IMG/VR virus record: IMGVR_UViG_3300047311_000323
Span: 32,001-96,000 of that record
DNA: 64,000 bases
Reading direction: 5' to 3' (one strand)
Origin: a virus
Part shown: positions 46,620 through 56,489 of the stretch, in pieces
Position numbering within the stretch: the stretch's first letter is position 1
How the letters are laid out: every line of letters begins with the position of its first letter
The notes under the pieces: model-generated
Told to the model about the DNA's origin: nothing
Seen by the model: only the letters and a program-made list of their open reading frames with translations
Databases searched by the model: none
Translations under genes and position numbers: made by a program

Positions 46620-47368
46620 AGACTCCTCGACAAGCTATTTAGAACGCCCCTAATGTAAGTAGCATCTTGATTAAACAATACATGCTTAACGAATGTAATA
46701 GCTTGGCCATAAACGGCTGCATTTGGCATATGCTTTCCGGCAATTGCATTCTCACTCATAACAGCAAATTTTTGTTTGAGCACTTGTGCAGCCTTGAGCC
46801 TTTTTTCAGGCTCCAGTCTGTTTAAAATGAAATGAACAATACCAGCCAAATACTGGCCAACTTGGTCGGAATTTCCTAGTTCCGCTACCGCAGCACACTT
46901 AACCATCTTCTTATCTAATTTGACAGGATGAACCTTGTGAAATTTGAGAATAGCATTCTGCAAAGCTACTCGTTCTGGCTTGTTTATCTTGCCTTTAACT
47001 GCCCTATCAAATTGTAGTTTGAACAGCTTAAGAAATACTGTTACTTGCTCTGGGCTAGCTTCTTGACGAAGTTTTCTCATAAGAGCAGAGTAGCTAAACT
47101 CATCAGCGCCGGTTAAGTCAATTGGCGTAATGGCGTTACCTTGGTCATCAGCTTTTGACTTATCAAGGTGCTTAAAAAATTCTACCTGACGAAGACGCTT
47201 CTCAGCGGCTTTCCTAGACTTGTACGTACCTAGGTCTTTTCCCTTTTGAGAGAGCACACGAAAGCTACCGTTTGGTAGTTGGCGAATACGCGCAACCTTT
47301 ACCAAACCCTGTAAGCACTTAGTTTCATAAGTGCTGGCAAGTTGTAACAGTGTGTCTGAGTTTTTCAT
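46616..47368 (-). CDS. Putative head protein
   Basis: VKVA and VKCA motifs flank a small RVLSQKGKDLGTYKS...AEKRLRQVEFFK domain. Confidence 0.55.
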   Translation of the reverse strand: MKNSDTLLQLASTYETKCLQGLVKVARIRQLPNGSFRVLSQKGKDLGTYKSRKAAEKRLRQVEFFKHLDKSKADDQGNAITPIDLTGADEFSYSALMRKLRQEASPEQVTVFLKLFKLQFDRAVKGKINKPERVALQNAILKFHKVHPVKLDKKMVKCAAVAELGNSDQVGQYLAGIVHFILNRLEPEKRLKAAQVLKQKFAVMSENAIAGKHMPNAAVYGQAITFVKHVLFNQDATYIRGVLNSLSRSL

Positions 47369-47772
47369 TTTCTTGTGTATGGTTTTTCTAGATGAGAGAA
47401 TGCCTCTTTGACATCCAAAGTCTCTTTGCTTCGAAGCATCATGTCTTCGATCGTTCCCTTACCATCAACTTCATTCAAAGCCCTAATGGCTCTTTCATTG
47501 ACGAACATCATATTGCCCATTTGTAAATGACGATTGCCGCCAACAAATGCGCAATTGAGAATCAAACATTCGCGGTAAGCTGCAACAACTTGACCACAGA
47601 ATACGGCCGGGTATGTAGTAGAGATTTGCTCTGTACTTACATCTTCATAAGCATCTCCCACATACACCTCGATGAATTTGCCTTTAAAAATCTCTGCGAG
47701 AAATTCAGCAAACGTTTTGCCAGAACCTTGAAGTTGCTGAATCGTGTCTAAAAGTTGTTGTTCCGATACCAT
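47365..47772 (-). CDS. Small protein with a possible Sm/Hfq-like fold
   Basis: FL....GKFIEVYV...FCGQVVAA...CLIL...MFVNERAIRAL parallels Hfq FL...PVSIYL..LQGQIES...VILL...MVYKHAISTV. Confidence 0.3.
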   Translation of the reverse strand: MVSEQQLLDTIQQLQGSGKTFAEFLAEIFKGKFIEVYVGDAYEDVSTEQISTTYPAVFCGQVVAAYRECLILNCAFVGGNRHLQMGNMMFVNERAIRALNEVDGKGTIEDMMLRSKETLDVKEAFSHLEKPYTRK

Positions 47773-47781
47773 TGCATTTCC

Positions 47782-48933
47782 TTAGATAAATTTGAGCAGG
47801 AACTTCCTGTGGTTAGTATCAGCAGTTCTAGGGCTGATTGGTTGATAAGATGACTTTTTATTCATAATTTGATTTGTTATGACGTTAATTCCACCTATTT
47901 TAGCTGTTGCATCTTTAAAAGCTTCGACAACTGCTTGAGTCATTTGTCTAACTGCAGCAACACATTCTTTCTCTGGACCAGCGATTGTGCATTCGATTTC
48001 TACGTCATGACCGTCTGTATGAGGATAAGAATTAGATAGTAACTCTTCATCTAGGGCAGAGGTTAATACATTAGAGAATTCAATGGCACTAGAGTAATCT
48101 GGAGCTGAAATACAAATGAGAATGTTATGAGTTGGTAAGGCACGCTTGTACAACCTCTTCAAATCATGAGTTGTGGCGGCTCTTTGCATTTGTGCTTCTT
48201 GTAGATATTTATCCATGATGCTGTCCAATCCCTGTAGATGGTTATCATTTTGTGCGACCATTGATGGTGGTGCTTGGCCAGGTTTTTCTTTACCAGGTTG
48301 ATATCCTGTTTCTTTAGCCATAGTAGCCACTGCCTTTTGGTAGGCTGGATTCTTTCTGTTAATCTCTGTCTGCTTAATCATGTCGCCATAAGTAATGTAA
48401 CCCTTCTTATCATGATCAAAAAGAGGGTTAGCTTCGTATGCTTTCTTTTCAAATTTAGCGGATATCTTGTATCCTAAATCAAAATACTTCTTGCTATACT
48501 TACCACTAGGATCAGTATCTGGATTAGATTCTAAAATGCGAGTAGAAGGATCTCCCTTGATTACGCCTGGTAGTTTAAGAGCGATAGGCCATAGGTTACC
48601 CGTATAGTACAAACCGGCAGAAGTAAATTTGCGGCCATTCATTAATCCGCTTTTACCTTGAATAAATTTCTTGACCCAATCTAATTGTTCTTCGCCACTT
48701 AGCTTAATAAAATCTTGCCAAGTTCCTTGATATCCAAGTCCTCTTAGCGTAGCGGGCATGAATCCAATAAGACCAGATCCCTTGTATTTTTCTTCATATG
48801 CAGACGGATTCAAGCCAGACTCCGAGGTCATGACAGCCAGAAGGTCTTCTGGTTTCATCCCCAATTCTTCGGATATTTTGACCAATTTCGTATAGAAATT
48901 TGGGCCAAGGTTAGCTTTACCTCCTACTGGCAT
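47782..48933 (-). CDS. Lytic transglycosylase (SLT/lysozyme-like) domain protein
   Basis: LLAVMTSESGLNP (catalytic Glu), GLIGFMP..L, EEQLDW; EF-hand-like DHDKKGYIT; separate C-terminal domain. Confidence 0.75.
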   Translation of the reverse strand: MPVGGKANLGPNFYTKLVKISEELGMKPEDLLAVMTSESGLNPSAYEEKYKGSGLIGFMPATLRGLGYQGTWQDFIKLSGEEQLDWVKKFIQGKSGLMNGRKFTSAGLYYTGNLWPIALKLPGVIKGDPSTRILESNPDTDPSGKYSKKYFDLGYKISAKFEKKAYEANPLFDHDKKGYITYGDMIKQTEINRKNPAYQKAVATMAKETGYQPGKEKPGQAPPSMVAQNDNHLQGLDSIMDKYLQEAQMQRAATTHDLKRLYKRALPTHNILICISAPDYSSAIEFSNVLTSALDEELLSNSYPHTDGHDVEIECTIAGPEKECVAAVRQMTQAVVEAFKDATAKIGGINVITNQIMNKKSSYQPISPRTADTNHRKFLLKFI

Positions 48934-48934
48934 A

Positions 48935-50176
48935 TTACCCCTTTAGTTTTTTGACGATGGAGAATAGCGCAATAGCCGTTTCCGGATCATCTCCTTGGAT
49001 GGACGTAGCGTACTTAGCGATGTAGCTGCAAAGAATACGAGGGTCTTCTGCACTCATAGACTCTAATGATTGATAGAATCTTTCGTGAGTTTGAACTCTG
49101 ATTTTTGGATCTCCAGTATCAACAGTTGGTGCGATACGAACTTGTGGAGTTCTCTCAGTGTCAGGCGCATTGTCTGATGGAGGTGCAGCAGGAGATGGTT
49201 GAACAAAAGACGATGGTCCAACCGTTACAAACCTTCCCATTGGAGGTAAGTTTGCAGGAGGCGCGGCTGGCGCAGCAGGTCCACCTGGTGGTGCTGGAGC
49301 CGGCTCTGACTCATGACCCAGTTCAGATTTACCTGGAGCTGGACCAGTTGTGGCTGGAGTTCCAGTAGTTTGGTTCTTCGTTAATTCTTTGTCCATCTCA
49401 TCCTTGATTCTCATCCAAGGAGTAACGGCTGTTTGATAGTAGCTCTTGAATGCACCATCAAATTTATTGAAGTCTGACTTAATTTTGTTGGCAGAGTCCA
49501 TATACTCATCTGGCCTACGAGTTGCTCTGGCAGTTGCCATATCCTTCATAGTAGAAATAGCGTTAGCCAATACTGTTTCAGCTTGGTCTAGTAACTTGAG
49601 TCCGCCCTCACGTAGAGCCTTGGTTTCTTTTGGATATTTCTTTTCCCAGGCTGCAAGACCACGTCCACGACTTGTGAAAAAGTTGAACAAAGAATCGATG
49701 ATACCAGCTTCTTTAATAAGTTGGTCAGCAATTAGAGAGGCGCCTTTTGGCTCCATATGTTGACGAAGTCTATTGATTTTTTCATCATCAACTCCTTCAA
49801 AAAGGAATCTGTGATGAATCTTATTGACATCAACAAAGAACTTATCAATATCATTAACAATAGCTTGTATTTTCTTATGGAACATAGCCAAATCAGAAAC
49901 GCCAGACATCCACTCTCGACGGTTGAAAGCAGTTCTAGATAGTTTCAACAGATCCTTGGCGGACTGTTTGATGGCAGGCTCTTCGGCCTTTCCAATTTGT
50001 TTGCCGGTTAATTCTGAACGAACACGGTCATCTAGCGCTTTGAGGGATTCCATAACCCTATTTAATTCAGGCTTGAATATACCGTCTACGAAAGCACCAG
50101 GAGCATTGATCTTTTCACGCAGATTGTTGAAAAAACCACGACCTGTTTCTCTTTTACTTTGAGCTAATTTATCCAT
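48935..50176 (-). CDS. Putative internal head protein
   Basis: MDKLAQ and LIKEAG motifs; Pro-rich linker; promoter motif at 50210-50223. Confidence 0.55.
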   Translation of the reverse strand: MDKLAQSKRETGRGFFNNLREKINAPGAFVDGIFKPELNRVMESLKALDDRVRSELTGKQIGKAEEPAIKQSAKDLLKLSRTAFNRREWMSGVSDLAMFHKKIQAIVNDIDKFFVDVNKIHHRFLFEGVDDEKINRLRQHMEPKGASLIADQLIKEAGIIDSLFNFFTSRGRGLAAWEKKYPKETKALREGGLKLLDQAETVLANAISTMKDMATARATRRPDEYMDSANKIKSDFNKFDGAFKSYYQTAVTPWMRIKDEMDKELTKNQTTGTPATTGPAPGKSELGHESEPAPAPPGGPAAPAAPPANLPPMGRFVTVGPSSFVQPSPAAPPSDNAPDTERTPQVRIAPTVDTGDPKIRVQTHERFYQSLESMSAEDPRILCSYIAKYATSIQGDDPETAIALFSIVKKLKG

Positions 50177-50259
50177 GGAAACCCTCTACTTGTGCGTAAT
50201 AGCTAAAACAATGCTGGATTATTCACAAGTAGGGCATATTCAGCGGATTTAAAACATTA

Positions 50260-52143
50260 TCACGCTGGTGGTGGTGGACCTGGTGGAGCGCCGCCTCCTG
50301 GTGGCATTAATCCGGCTGAAGCTCCACTTGGTGGAGGTGGAGGAGGACCGCCTGGGCCACCGCCTGGAGGAGGTGGTGGTGGACCACCTGGTAGACCCAA
50401 ATCTGGCATTCCGCCGCCTGGTGGTGCTCCGCCTGGAGTCTCTCCTGGTAGTGGGGCTTCTTGACCAGCTCCCTGTTGTTTTGGCTCTGGAATTTCATCC
50501 TCGTCATCCAATGCACGGAGAGAGTTGAGGTCCATAGCTTCAAGGGCGGCCGTTTCCTTCTTGGCAATTGCGTTCTGAACATTTTCTTTACGCATCTTGC
50601 GTACTTCGTCTTCATACTCAAGACCCAAAGAACGGTATAGGGTGTGAATAGAGACTCTCTTCTGGTCGGCTTGACCCTGAGATAGAGTAACTAAGCTGTT
50701 GATGTAGTCACCTGCATCAAACAAGCTCATGTGGTTCCAATCAATTTCAGGAACGATAAGTTGTTTCTCACCACCAGAGTAGTCATAGAAGCCCTGGATC
50801 TTGGAGATTGGAGCAAAAATCTTAGTCTTGAGCCACTGAGACATCATATTACGGAACTGCATGTATCTCTGACGTAGAACGTCCAAAGCTACACCGCCGT
50901 TAGCGTAAGTGGTATCAGAACCACCGTCCATCATAACTGGTGGAACGAACAAACCAACATAGATTTCCTTCATGAGCTGAGTAATATCGCCGGAGATATC
51001 GTAGATACCTTGTCCCCAACCGACTCTCTCAACAGCAACGCCTTCATGGGTGAAGATTTTGAAGTCTTTGTCGTATTGCGCTTCTTCGAAGACGCCTCTC
51101 CATGCTTCAAGGTCAGCAAAGGTTGGCTTGTAGTCAGCCGAACCAATCTTAACCAAAGTCAATGGGTTGATCATGTTATCAGACTGGGCGTACTTAGATT
51201 CACGTAGCTTATCAAAGAGCATCAACTGACGGAAAATACAGACTGGAAGGCCAGTGCCTCTAATTTCGTAAGGGCTGATACGACGAGCTAAGTGTGATAC
51301 ATGGAAGTTGTCTAGTGGAATGTTTTCTCCACGTCTTACAGAGTCGATAATGTGCTGGTTAAGCTGCTTACGCTGTTCAATATCGGTTGGACGGTTTGAG
51401 AAAATGATTTTCTTGAGGTTCTCATCAGGACGAAGCATGATGATTGGTTCGCTGGCTACGACCGTACGTTTGACAATCATGAAATCTGGGTTTTGAATGT
51501 GTAGGCGACTCCACTTGCCCTTACCTTCATCCAGTTCTGCATAAACAAACGCTTCTCCTAAGAGCCAATACTCTTGGGCAATCTGTACACAGATGTTCAT
51601 TAGGTCAATCTCTTCGATCATGTCATCGAAGAACTTTTCAATATCCTTATTAGGACACTTGATAGATAGTTTGCTGATTGGGTATGTGCTATGCAAACTG
51701 ACAGCATTATGCACGAATGGGTTCAATGCAAAGAAGCTTCGGCACCATGCATTAATAGTTGCACGGTCACGCGGTAGGTTCAAGTTGCTGTTGAGCCAAA
51801 GTGGGGAATAAACTTCAGGAGTCTGCTTGACGGTGTCGCCATGGATACCACGGAACATACCACCAGAGCTAGACACTACCTGTGAATTTTTCTTGAAGCC
51901 TACGGAGGAGACAACGTTAGAAGCCGTAGTAGGCGCGTTGGCCAATGAAAGTTTGTTATAACTTGGGCCAGAGCCATCCCTGAAGTATCCCTGTTCGACC
52001 TCGTCAGAAAGAATAACTCTTCTTTCTCCGGAGACGCCACTTGCCATAATAGCACTTACTTGTGGGGTAGTGGATCTACCTGATAAGAATCTTGCTGAAA
52101 AGGATGGGGCTTCCCCTAATCCCGATTTTTTAATACCAGCCAT
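50260..52143 (-). CDS. Portal protein
   Basis: Adjacent to terL; NPFVHNAVSLHSTYP...LLGEAF...H(L)AR..SPYE.RG pattern of portals; Pro/Gly-rich C-terminal tail. Confidence 0.8.
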   Translation of the reverse strand: MAGIKKSGLGEAPSFSARFLSGRSTTPQVSAIMASGVSGERRVILSDEVEQGYFRDGSGPSYNKLSLANAPTTASNVVSSVGFKKNSQVVSSSGGMFRGIHGDTVKQTPEVYSPLWLNSNLNLPRDRATINAWCRSFFALNPFVHNAVSLHSTYPISKLSIKCPNKDIEKFFDDMIEEIDLMNICVQIAQEYWLLGEAFVYAELDEGKGKWSRLHIQNPDFMIVKRTVVASEPIIMLRPDENLKKIIFSNRPTDIEQRKQLNQHIIDSVRRGENIPLDNFHVSHLARRISPYEIRGTGLPVCIFRQLMLFDKLRESKYAQSDNMINPLTLVKIGSADYKPTFADLEAWRGVFEEAQYDKDFKIFTHEGVAVERVGWGQGIYDISGDITQLMKEIYVGLFVPPVMMDGGSDTTYANGGVALDVLRQRYMQFRNMMSQWLKTKIFAPISKIQGFYDYSGGEKQLIVPEIDWNHMSLFDAGDYINSLVTLSQGQADQKRVSIHTLYRSLGLEYEDEVRKMRKENVQNAIAKKETAALEAMDLNSLRALDDEDEIPEPKQQGAGQEAPLPGETPGGAPPGGGMPDLGLPGGPPPPPPGGGPGGPPPPPPSGASAGLMPPGGGAPPGPPPPA

Positions 52144-52224
52144 GTAACCTCTGTTGTTCCACTATACCCTCTACTAGAATACACTAAATATGATATATCC
52201 AGTAAGCTTAGGTATTTAGGCCGC

Positions 52225-54108
52225 TTAGAACCTTCTCGGTACATAACCGCTCATTACCATGGGTTTATTCAGGTTTTTAGGGGTATGAAGCATTGGATTG
52301 TTATTTGTGAAGCCTCGACTAACTAAGAATTTAAAAGCCAAATAAGCGTTCAGCAGTGCCATAAATCCGTCGTTTGGTGTTCCGCCCTTGACATAATGGA
52401 CTGTGTGGTCACCATATTTAGAAATAGATGGCTTGAGTTCCATACTACAACAATGGTCAATTAACCATGCAACCTTCTCATAATCTCCATATGGGAATCT
52501 AATCAGACCTTTCTTCATTTGGTCATAAAGCTCACTAATATAGAAGTCTCTCTCGAAGATAATTTCTTTTGGAAAAGCCTCATGATTAAACTTAACATGA
52601 TCATTAACTCTGTTATGAGCACGAGAGACTAGATATCTATCTCCATAAGTGTTATGTAGTGTAGAAGAAAAGTCATTAGAGTAACCAATGTCTCCAATGG
52701 TTAGCTGCACACTATACTGTCTCATCAATTGATCAATGAGCCCCTTTTTGCTTTCCGGATCATTTCGTTTAAACTTAGTAGCAAATTCAATTGACAGTAA
52801 GTTAGATCCTTTGGTTTGCAAAATAACAGCGGTACTATAAGATTGGCCAGCAGGTTTTACTCTTTCTGGGTCAGCTAATTGTTCTAGGTCAGAACGGGCA
52901 CCATAATCGATTCCCATTACCGTCAACTGCTGCATTGGTCCTTTGGTTGGAAGAATACGTGGGCTATATTTTCTTTCGAAGTCAGCACATAGAGTACGTA
53001 CCTCGTCTGGAGACATCGGACTTGCATCTCCCTGATAGAACTCTCCAAGAACTTCGTTTTGGAAAACACGCTCAGTATTGATTGGATGACGGCCCGGCTT
53101 TTCCTTATCGATATCTTCTCTAGTGAATTTGGGCATGTAAAGCTGATTGATATGGAAACCAATCATATCACAGTCTGGATCGTTTGGATTCTTCAGAGCA
53201 ACCCACTTGCCACGTTCTTGTGCTTGTAGTTTATCTTGTTCATGGCCGCATTTTGAACACTTAACTACTTTACCATGAATCCAAACTTTCTCCCAATCAT
53301 CAGAACCTGGCGTGTAAAGTGGGAAATGCTCTTCACATTTCTCACAGCCTAAGTAGTAATATTGCTGAGAAGAAGACTGCCACATCTTGTGGTAGTCAGA
53401 TCCTTTACGACGGGGCGTTCCAAAGAAAACTTGTACTCCCTGTGTAGGTCTGCCATATTTGGCGTTGGTTAGAATTTTAAGAGCGTTTCCAATAGCCTGA
53501 GTCGTTGTCTTCTGAACTTCGTCAAAGAATAGAATATCAGCGGTACGACCCATGATTCTGTCGGCGTCTACGCCAGTCGACTCTACCCACAAGTGGTTTC
53601 CGCCAATGAACTGTTTAAAATGCAAAGAATCGTTGGTAGGAGAAGACTGGTCTAGTAATTGCTGCATGAAAGACTTTGGACGAGAGCCCTTGTTTTCGGG
53701 AGTTCCTTCAGGGACCTTAGCCATATTGATCATTTGGTTTAGCTTGGTCTTAGAATAGGCCGCAGCTAACTCCAATTGAGGGAAAGCGTGGATGATACGG
53801 ATTGGTGGACGGAACCCGTCTCCGAACAAACCAGAGCCCATGAAATACATTTCCAAAGCACTAGCCATGGTAGTAGCTCCTACCTGACGGCCTTTGACTA
53901 AGATAACTGGCTTAGCATCTGGCTCTAATGCTTTAATACCAATGTATCTGTAAATATCTGAGAAGGGCTTATATCCATTACCACTCAATCTGAATGGTTC
54001 ACCTTCTAATGTTAAATTCTCTTGACAAAATGTTACGGGGTCAATCATTGAGAGTTGTCTTTTCATCTTCTCAAAGATTTCCTTATTTTCAATATTTATA
54101 CTGGGCAT
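52225..54108 (-). CDS. terL: Terminase large subunit (GpA-like, with Zn-finger)
   Basis: Walker A KGRQVGATT, Walker B ILFFDEVQ, coupling GTP, CEKC/CSKC, nuclease MGIDYG and terminal NDGFMA. Confidence 0.92.
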   Translation of the reverse strand: MPSINIENKEIFEKMKRQLSMIDPVTFCQENLTLEGEPFRLSGNGYKPFSDIYRYIGIKALEPDAKPVILVKGRQVGATTMASALEMYFMGSGLFGDGFRPPIRIIHAFPQLELAAAYSKTKLNQMINMAKVPEGTPENKGSRPKSFMQQLLDQSSPTNDSLHFKQFIGGNHLWVESTGVDADRIMGRTADILFFDEVQKTTTQAIGNALKILTNAKYGRPTQGVQVFFGTPRRKGSDYHKMWQSSSQQYYYLGCEKCEEHFPLYTPGSDDWEKVWIHGKVVKCSKCGHEQDKLQAQERGKWVALKNPNDPDCDMIGFHINQLYMPKFTREDIDKEKPGRHPINTERVFQNEVLGEFYQGDASPMSPDEVRTLCADFERKYSPRILPTKGPMQQLTVMGIDYGARSDLEQLADPERVKPAGQSYSTAVILQTKGSNLLSIEFATKFKRNDPESKKGLIDQLMRQYSVQLTIGDIGYSNDFSSTLHNTYGDRYLVSRAHNRVNDHVKFNHEAFPKEIIFERDFYISELYDQMKKGLIRFPYGDYEKVAWLIDHCCSMELKPSISKYGDHTVHYVKGGTPNDGFMALLNAYLAFKFLVSRGFTNNNPMLHTPKNLNKPMVMSGYVPRRF

Positions 54109-54113
54109 ACTAA

Positions 54114-54127
54114 AATGATCGTATATT
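54114..54127 (-). promoter_or_regulatory. ATAW-N5-YATW motif 5 nt upstream of the terL ATG
   Basis: AATAT-acga-TCATT-ttagt-ATG, with no SD. Confidence 0.55.
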
Positions 54128-54134
54128 CAGTAGA

Positions 54135-54701
54135 ATGGCTTCCACGAAAAAACGAAGAAAAAGAGTATGCCTCAAATGTGGCGTTTCATTAACCACTAAG
54201 AATTGGGCTACTTACGACCAAAACAAGGGCTATTATATCTGCAAGCCATGTCGAAAATCCAATGACAAGAAGTCTCATCAGACCGATCCTGATTACTCTA
54301 AAAAACAAAACAGCCGCTATCGTATGAAACGAAGCGCTGTTATTTGGGCTTATGGTAATGCTTGCTGTATTTGCGGAGAAGATGAGTATACTAAACTAAC
54401 AATCAATGGTGATATCAACTATCTGTATGAAGGTCTTGTCCAAAAAACTGGATATCAAGTTACATGTTACAATTGTTATAAGGGTAAACCTTACAAAAGT
54501 AAATATGTCGAGTCATACAGGAAGAAAATAGTCAAGTACTATGGTGGTTGCTGTAAAGAGTGTGGTGAAAGAAAGGTTGAAACACTAACTCTCAACAAAA
54601 ATAAAGAACTGCTATGCTACAATTGCAAGTATAGCAAGATTGCGCTTGAGAAATACCCTCCAGAACCCGAAAAACAGGCTGGGCAAGTGCAAAGCACTTA
54701 A
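54135..54701 (+). CDS. Cys-rich protein with two degenerate HNH-like repeats
   Basis: YGxxCxxCGE...LT...CYNC twice; the DH dipeptide expected after LT(I/L) is absent from both. Confidence 0.6.
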   Translation: MASTKKRRKRVCLKCGVSLTTKNWATYDQNKGYYICKPCRKSNDKKSHQTDPDYSKKQNSRYRMKRSAVIWAYGNACCICGEDEYTKLTINGDINYLYEGLVQKTGYQVTCYNCYKGKPYKSKYVESYRKKIVKYYGGCCKECGERKVETLTLNKNKELLCYNCKYSKIALEKYPPEPEKQAGQVQST

Positions 54702-55333
54702 AATTTCGCAGGCATTAAAGCGTTGAATGCATCAGTATTTGATGGATCAATATCGGAATTAACAGTAGAATGGTCGCCTTGACCTAGCTGACTGAAATTA
54801 TCATAGCTACTAGGGTTACTAGTCTTAGCTTGTAGGTTGTATTGACTAACAAGGCGGGTCAATTTGTCATCTTCCCATGATGCTTCGTTAGAAATATCAC
54901 CAGCATGCAAAGAACGCAAGCGACTAATGATGGCAGGGACTGACAAATTACCCTTAGACTCCCTAACAATGTTCTCAAGCGTATTCAGAATGCTTGGCTT
55001 GTCTTGGATAATCTTTGGCATGTTAGCATTAGTCTGAGCCTGAGCTGTTTTACGAGGCTTGCTAGGTGGTGGAGCATCTTCAGATGACGTTTTGGTCTGT
55101 AGATAGTCGGTCAAACCACTACGGTGCATCATATCATCAACGGCAGCCTGTACCGATGGATACTTAGACTTGCCATTCATGATGGTGCTAATCTGTTCGA
55201 ACAAACTGTTGCCACGTGGTTGCACGCTGGTCTTTTGAAGGGAGTTCTCAAACGCCCTTAACCAGTGGTCATCGCTCTCAGGAGCATCAGATTGTCTATT
55301 GATCACCGATTGGTGTCGTGAATTTTTGCTCAT
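54698..55333 (-). CDS. Putative head protein
   Basis: Start moved to ATG 55333, just after the upstream stop (TAA-TA-ATG); contains RKTAQ. Confidence 0.6.
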   Translation of the reverse strand: MSKNSRHQSVINRQSDAPESDDHWLRAFENSLQKTSVQPRGNSLFEQISTIMNGKSKYPSVQAAVDDMMHRSGLTDYLQTKTSSEDAPPPSKPRKTAQAQTNANMPKIIQDKPSILNTLENIVRESKGNLSVPAIISRLRSLHAGDISNEASWEDDKLTRLVSQYNLQAKTSNPSSYDNFSQLGQGDHSTVNSDIDPSNTDAFNALMPAKF

Positions 55334-55335
55334 TA

Positions 55336-56421
55336 TTAAGCCCTGTAGTTGGCTGCCCAATCCATATTGTCAGTATCGTATACTTCAAGATCATCATCTG
55401 GGAAGAAGCCACGATCCTCACGCATTGGATAACCCATATCCCACAATAGTTGTCTTACTTCGGCTTGCTCACGGTCATCAAGCTTGTATTTAGAAACTTG
55501 ACGCTTGTACAAATCTTCGATATCATGGCCAGCAGAAACAGTACCGTTAATGCAAACACGAGCAATTCTAGAAATCAAAAGAGGAACAGTTACGTAAACT
55601 CCTTGAACTCCAGTAATCTTCTGTGCGTGCTTAGTCAAACCAAATCCTTCAAAGCCTGGCTCTTCACCATTATTAGCTAGTTGAACGATTACCTTTGCGG
55701 CAGTCCATTCCTCACCAGGAATAGTAGTATCAGCTACCCAATCCTGTAGGTCTTCATCTGAGTATCTCTCAAGAACTTTGTTGATTTCAGGTTGCAATTC
55801 TTGGGCAGTCTTCTTACGCTTCTTAGAAGACTTCTTGGAATCTTTTACCTTATCTAGACGATCACGCAAACGAGACAAACCATTATCTAGCTCGGAACGA
55901 ATCTTCTCAACCTTGTTAGCATCTAACTCAGAGTCGAGGTCCATTCTCATAGCCTTAGAAATTTCGCTATCTAGTTTCTCCATGTAGGACATGGCACGTT
56001 CTAGACCGGCAGAGTCGTAACCAGAGTGCTTAGGAACACTGTCTAGTCTTTCCTTGACCCAGGCTACAAAGCCGTGTGGGCCATGCTTAGACCAATCCCA
56101 TTTAGCATTCTTGCTCTCTTTAGGATCTTCTTTCTTATCTTCACCGTCATCCTTAACTTCGAGAGTCTCATCATGTACTTCGAGTTCGGGTTCTGGGTGC
56201 TTAGTGCCAGGTGGTGCGCCGGGAAGGTCTTCAACTACGATTTCAATTTCGCCAGGCTCAGATACTTCGATTGGAGCGCCGGACATAAGTTCTTCAATGC
56301 CCTCGTGTTGTAGTTCGGCAGGGATAGCCTCAACCGAGTGCTCATCATGCGCCGGTAGCTGTGACGCCGGGGAAATCGGGTCTATGACGTATAGCTGCTG
56401 TGCTCTGGATCGTAAAGTCAT
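55336..56421 (-). CDS. Putative head protein
   Basis: KKTAQ and TKHAQ bound a short insert; acidic N-terminus; promoter motif at 56448-56461. Confidence 0.6.
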   Translation of the reverse strand: MTLRSRAQQLYVIDPISPASQLPAHDEHSVEAIPAELQHEGIEELMSGAPIEVSEPGEIEIVVEDLPGAPPGTKHPEPELEVHDETLEVKDDGEDKKEDPKESKNAKWDWSKHGPHGFVAWVKERLDSVPKHSGYDSAGLERAMSYMEKLDSEISKAMRMDLDSELDANKVEKIRSELDNGLSRLRDRLDKVKDSKKSSKKRKKTAQELQPEINKVLERYSDEDLQDWVADTTIPGEEWTAAKVIVQLANNGEEPGFEGFGLTKHAQKITGVQGVYVTVPLLISRIARVCINGTVSAGHDIEDLYKRQVSKYKLDDREQAEVRQLLWDMGYPMREDRGFFPDDDLEVYDTDNMDWAANYRA

Positions 56422-56489
56422 TTAGGTACCTCTGGGAGTGCTTTCTTTATATGATAATATGCGGTTGTATGCAATGATAATGATTGGTT

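Noticed and set aside
50260-54108. Intein or group I intron in terL, portal or MCP
   Set aside because: The ORFs are continuous, of ordinary length, and show no intein C/HN splice motifs or embedded endonuclease.
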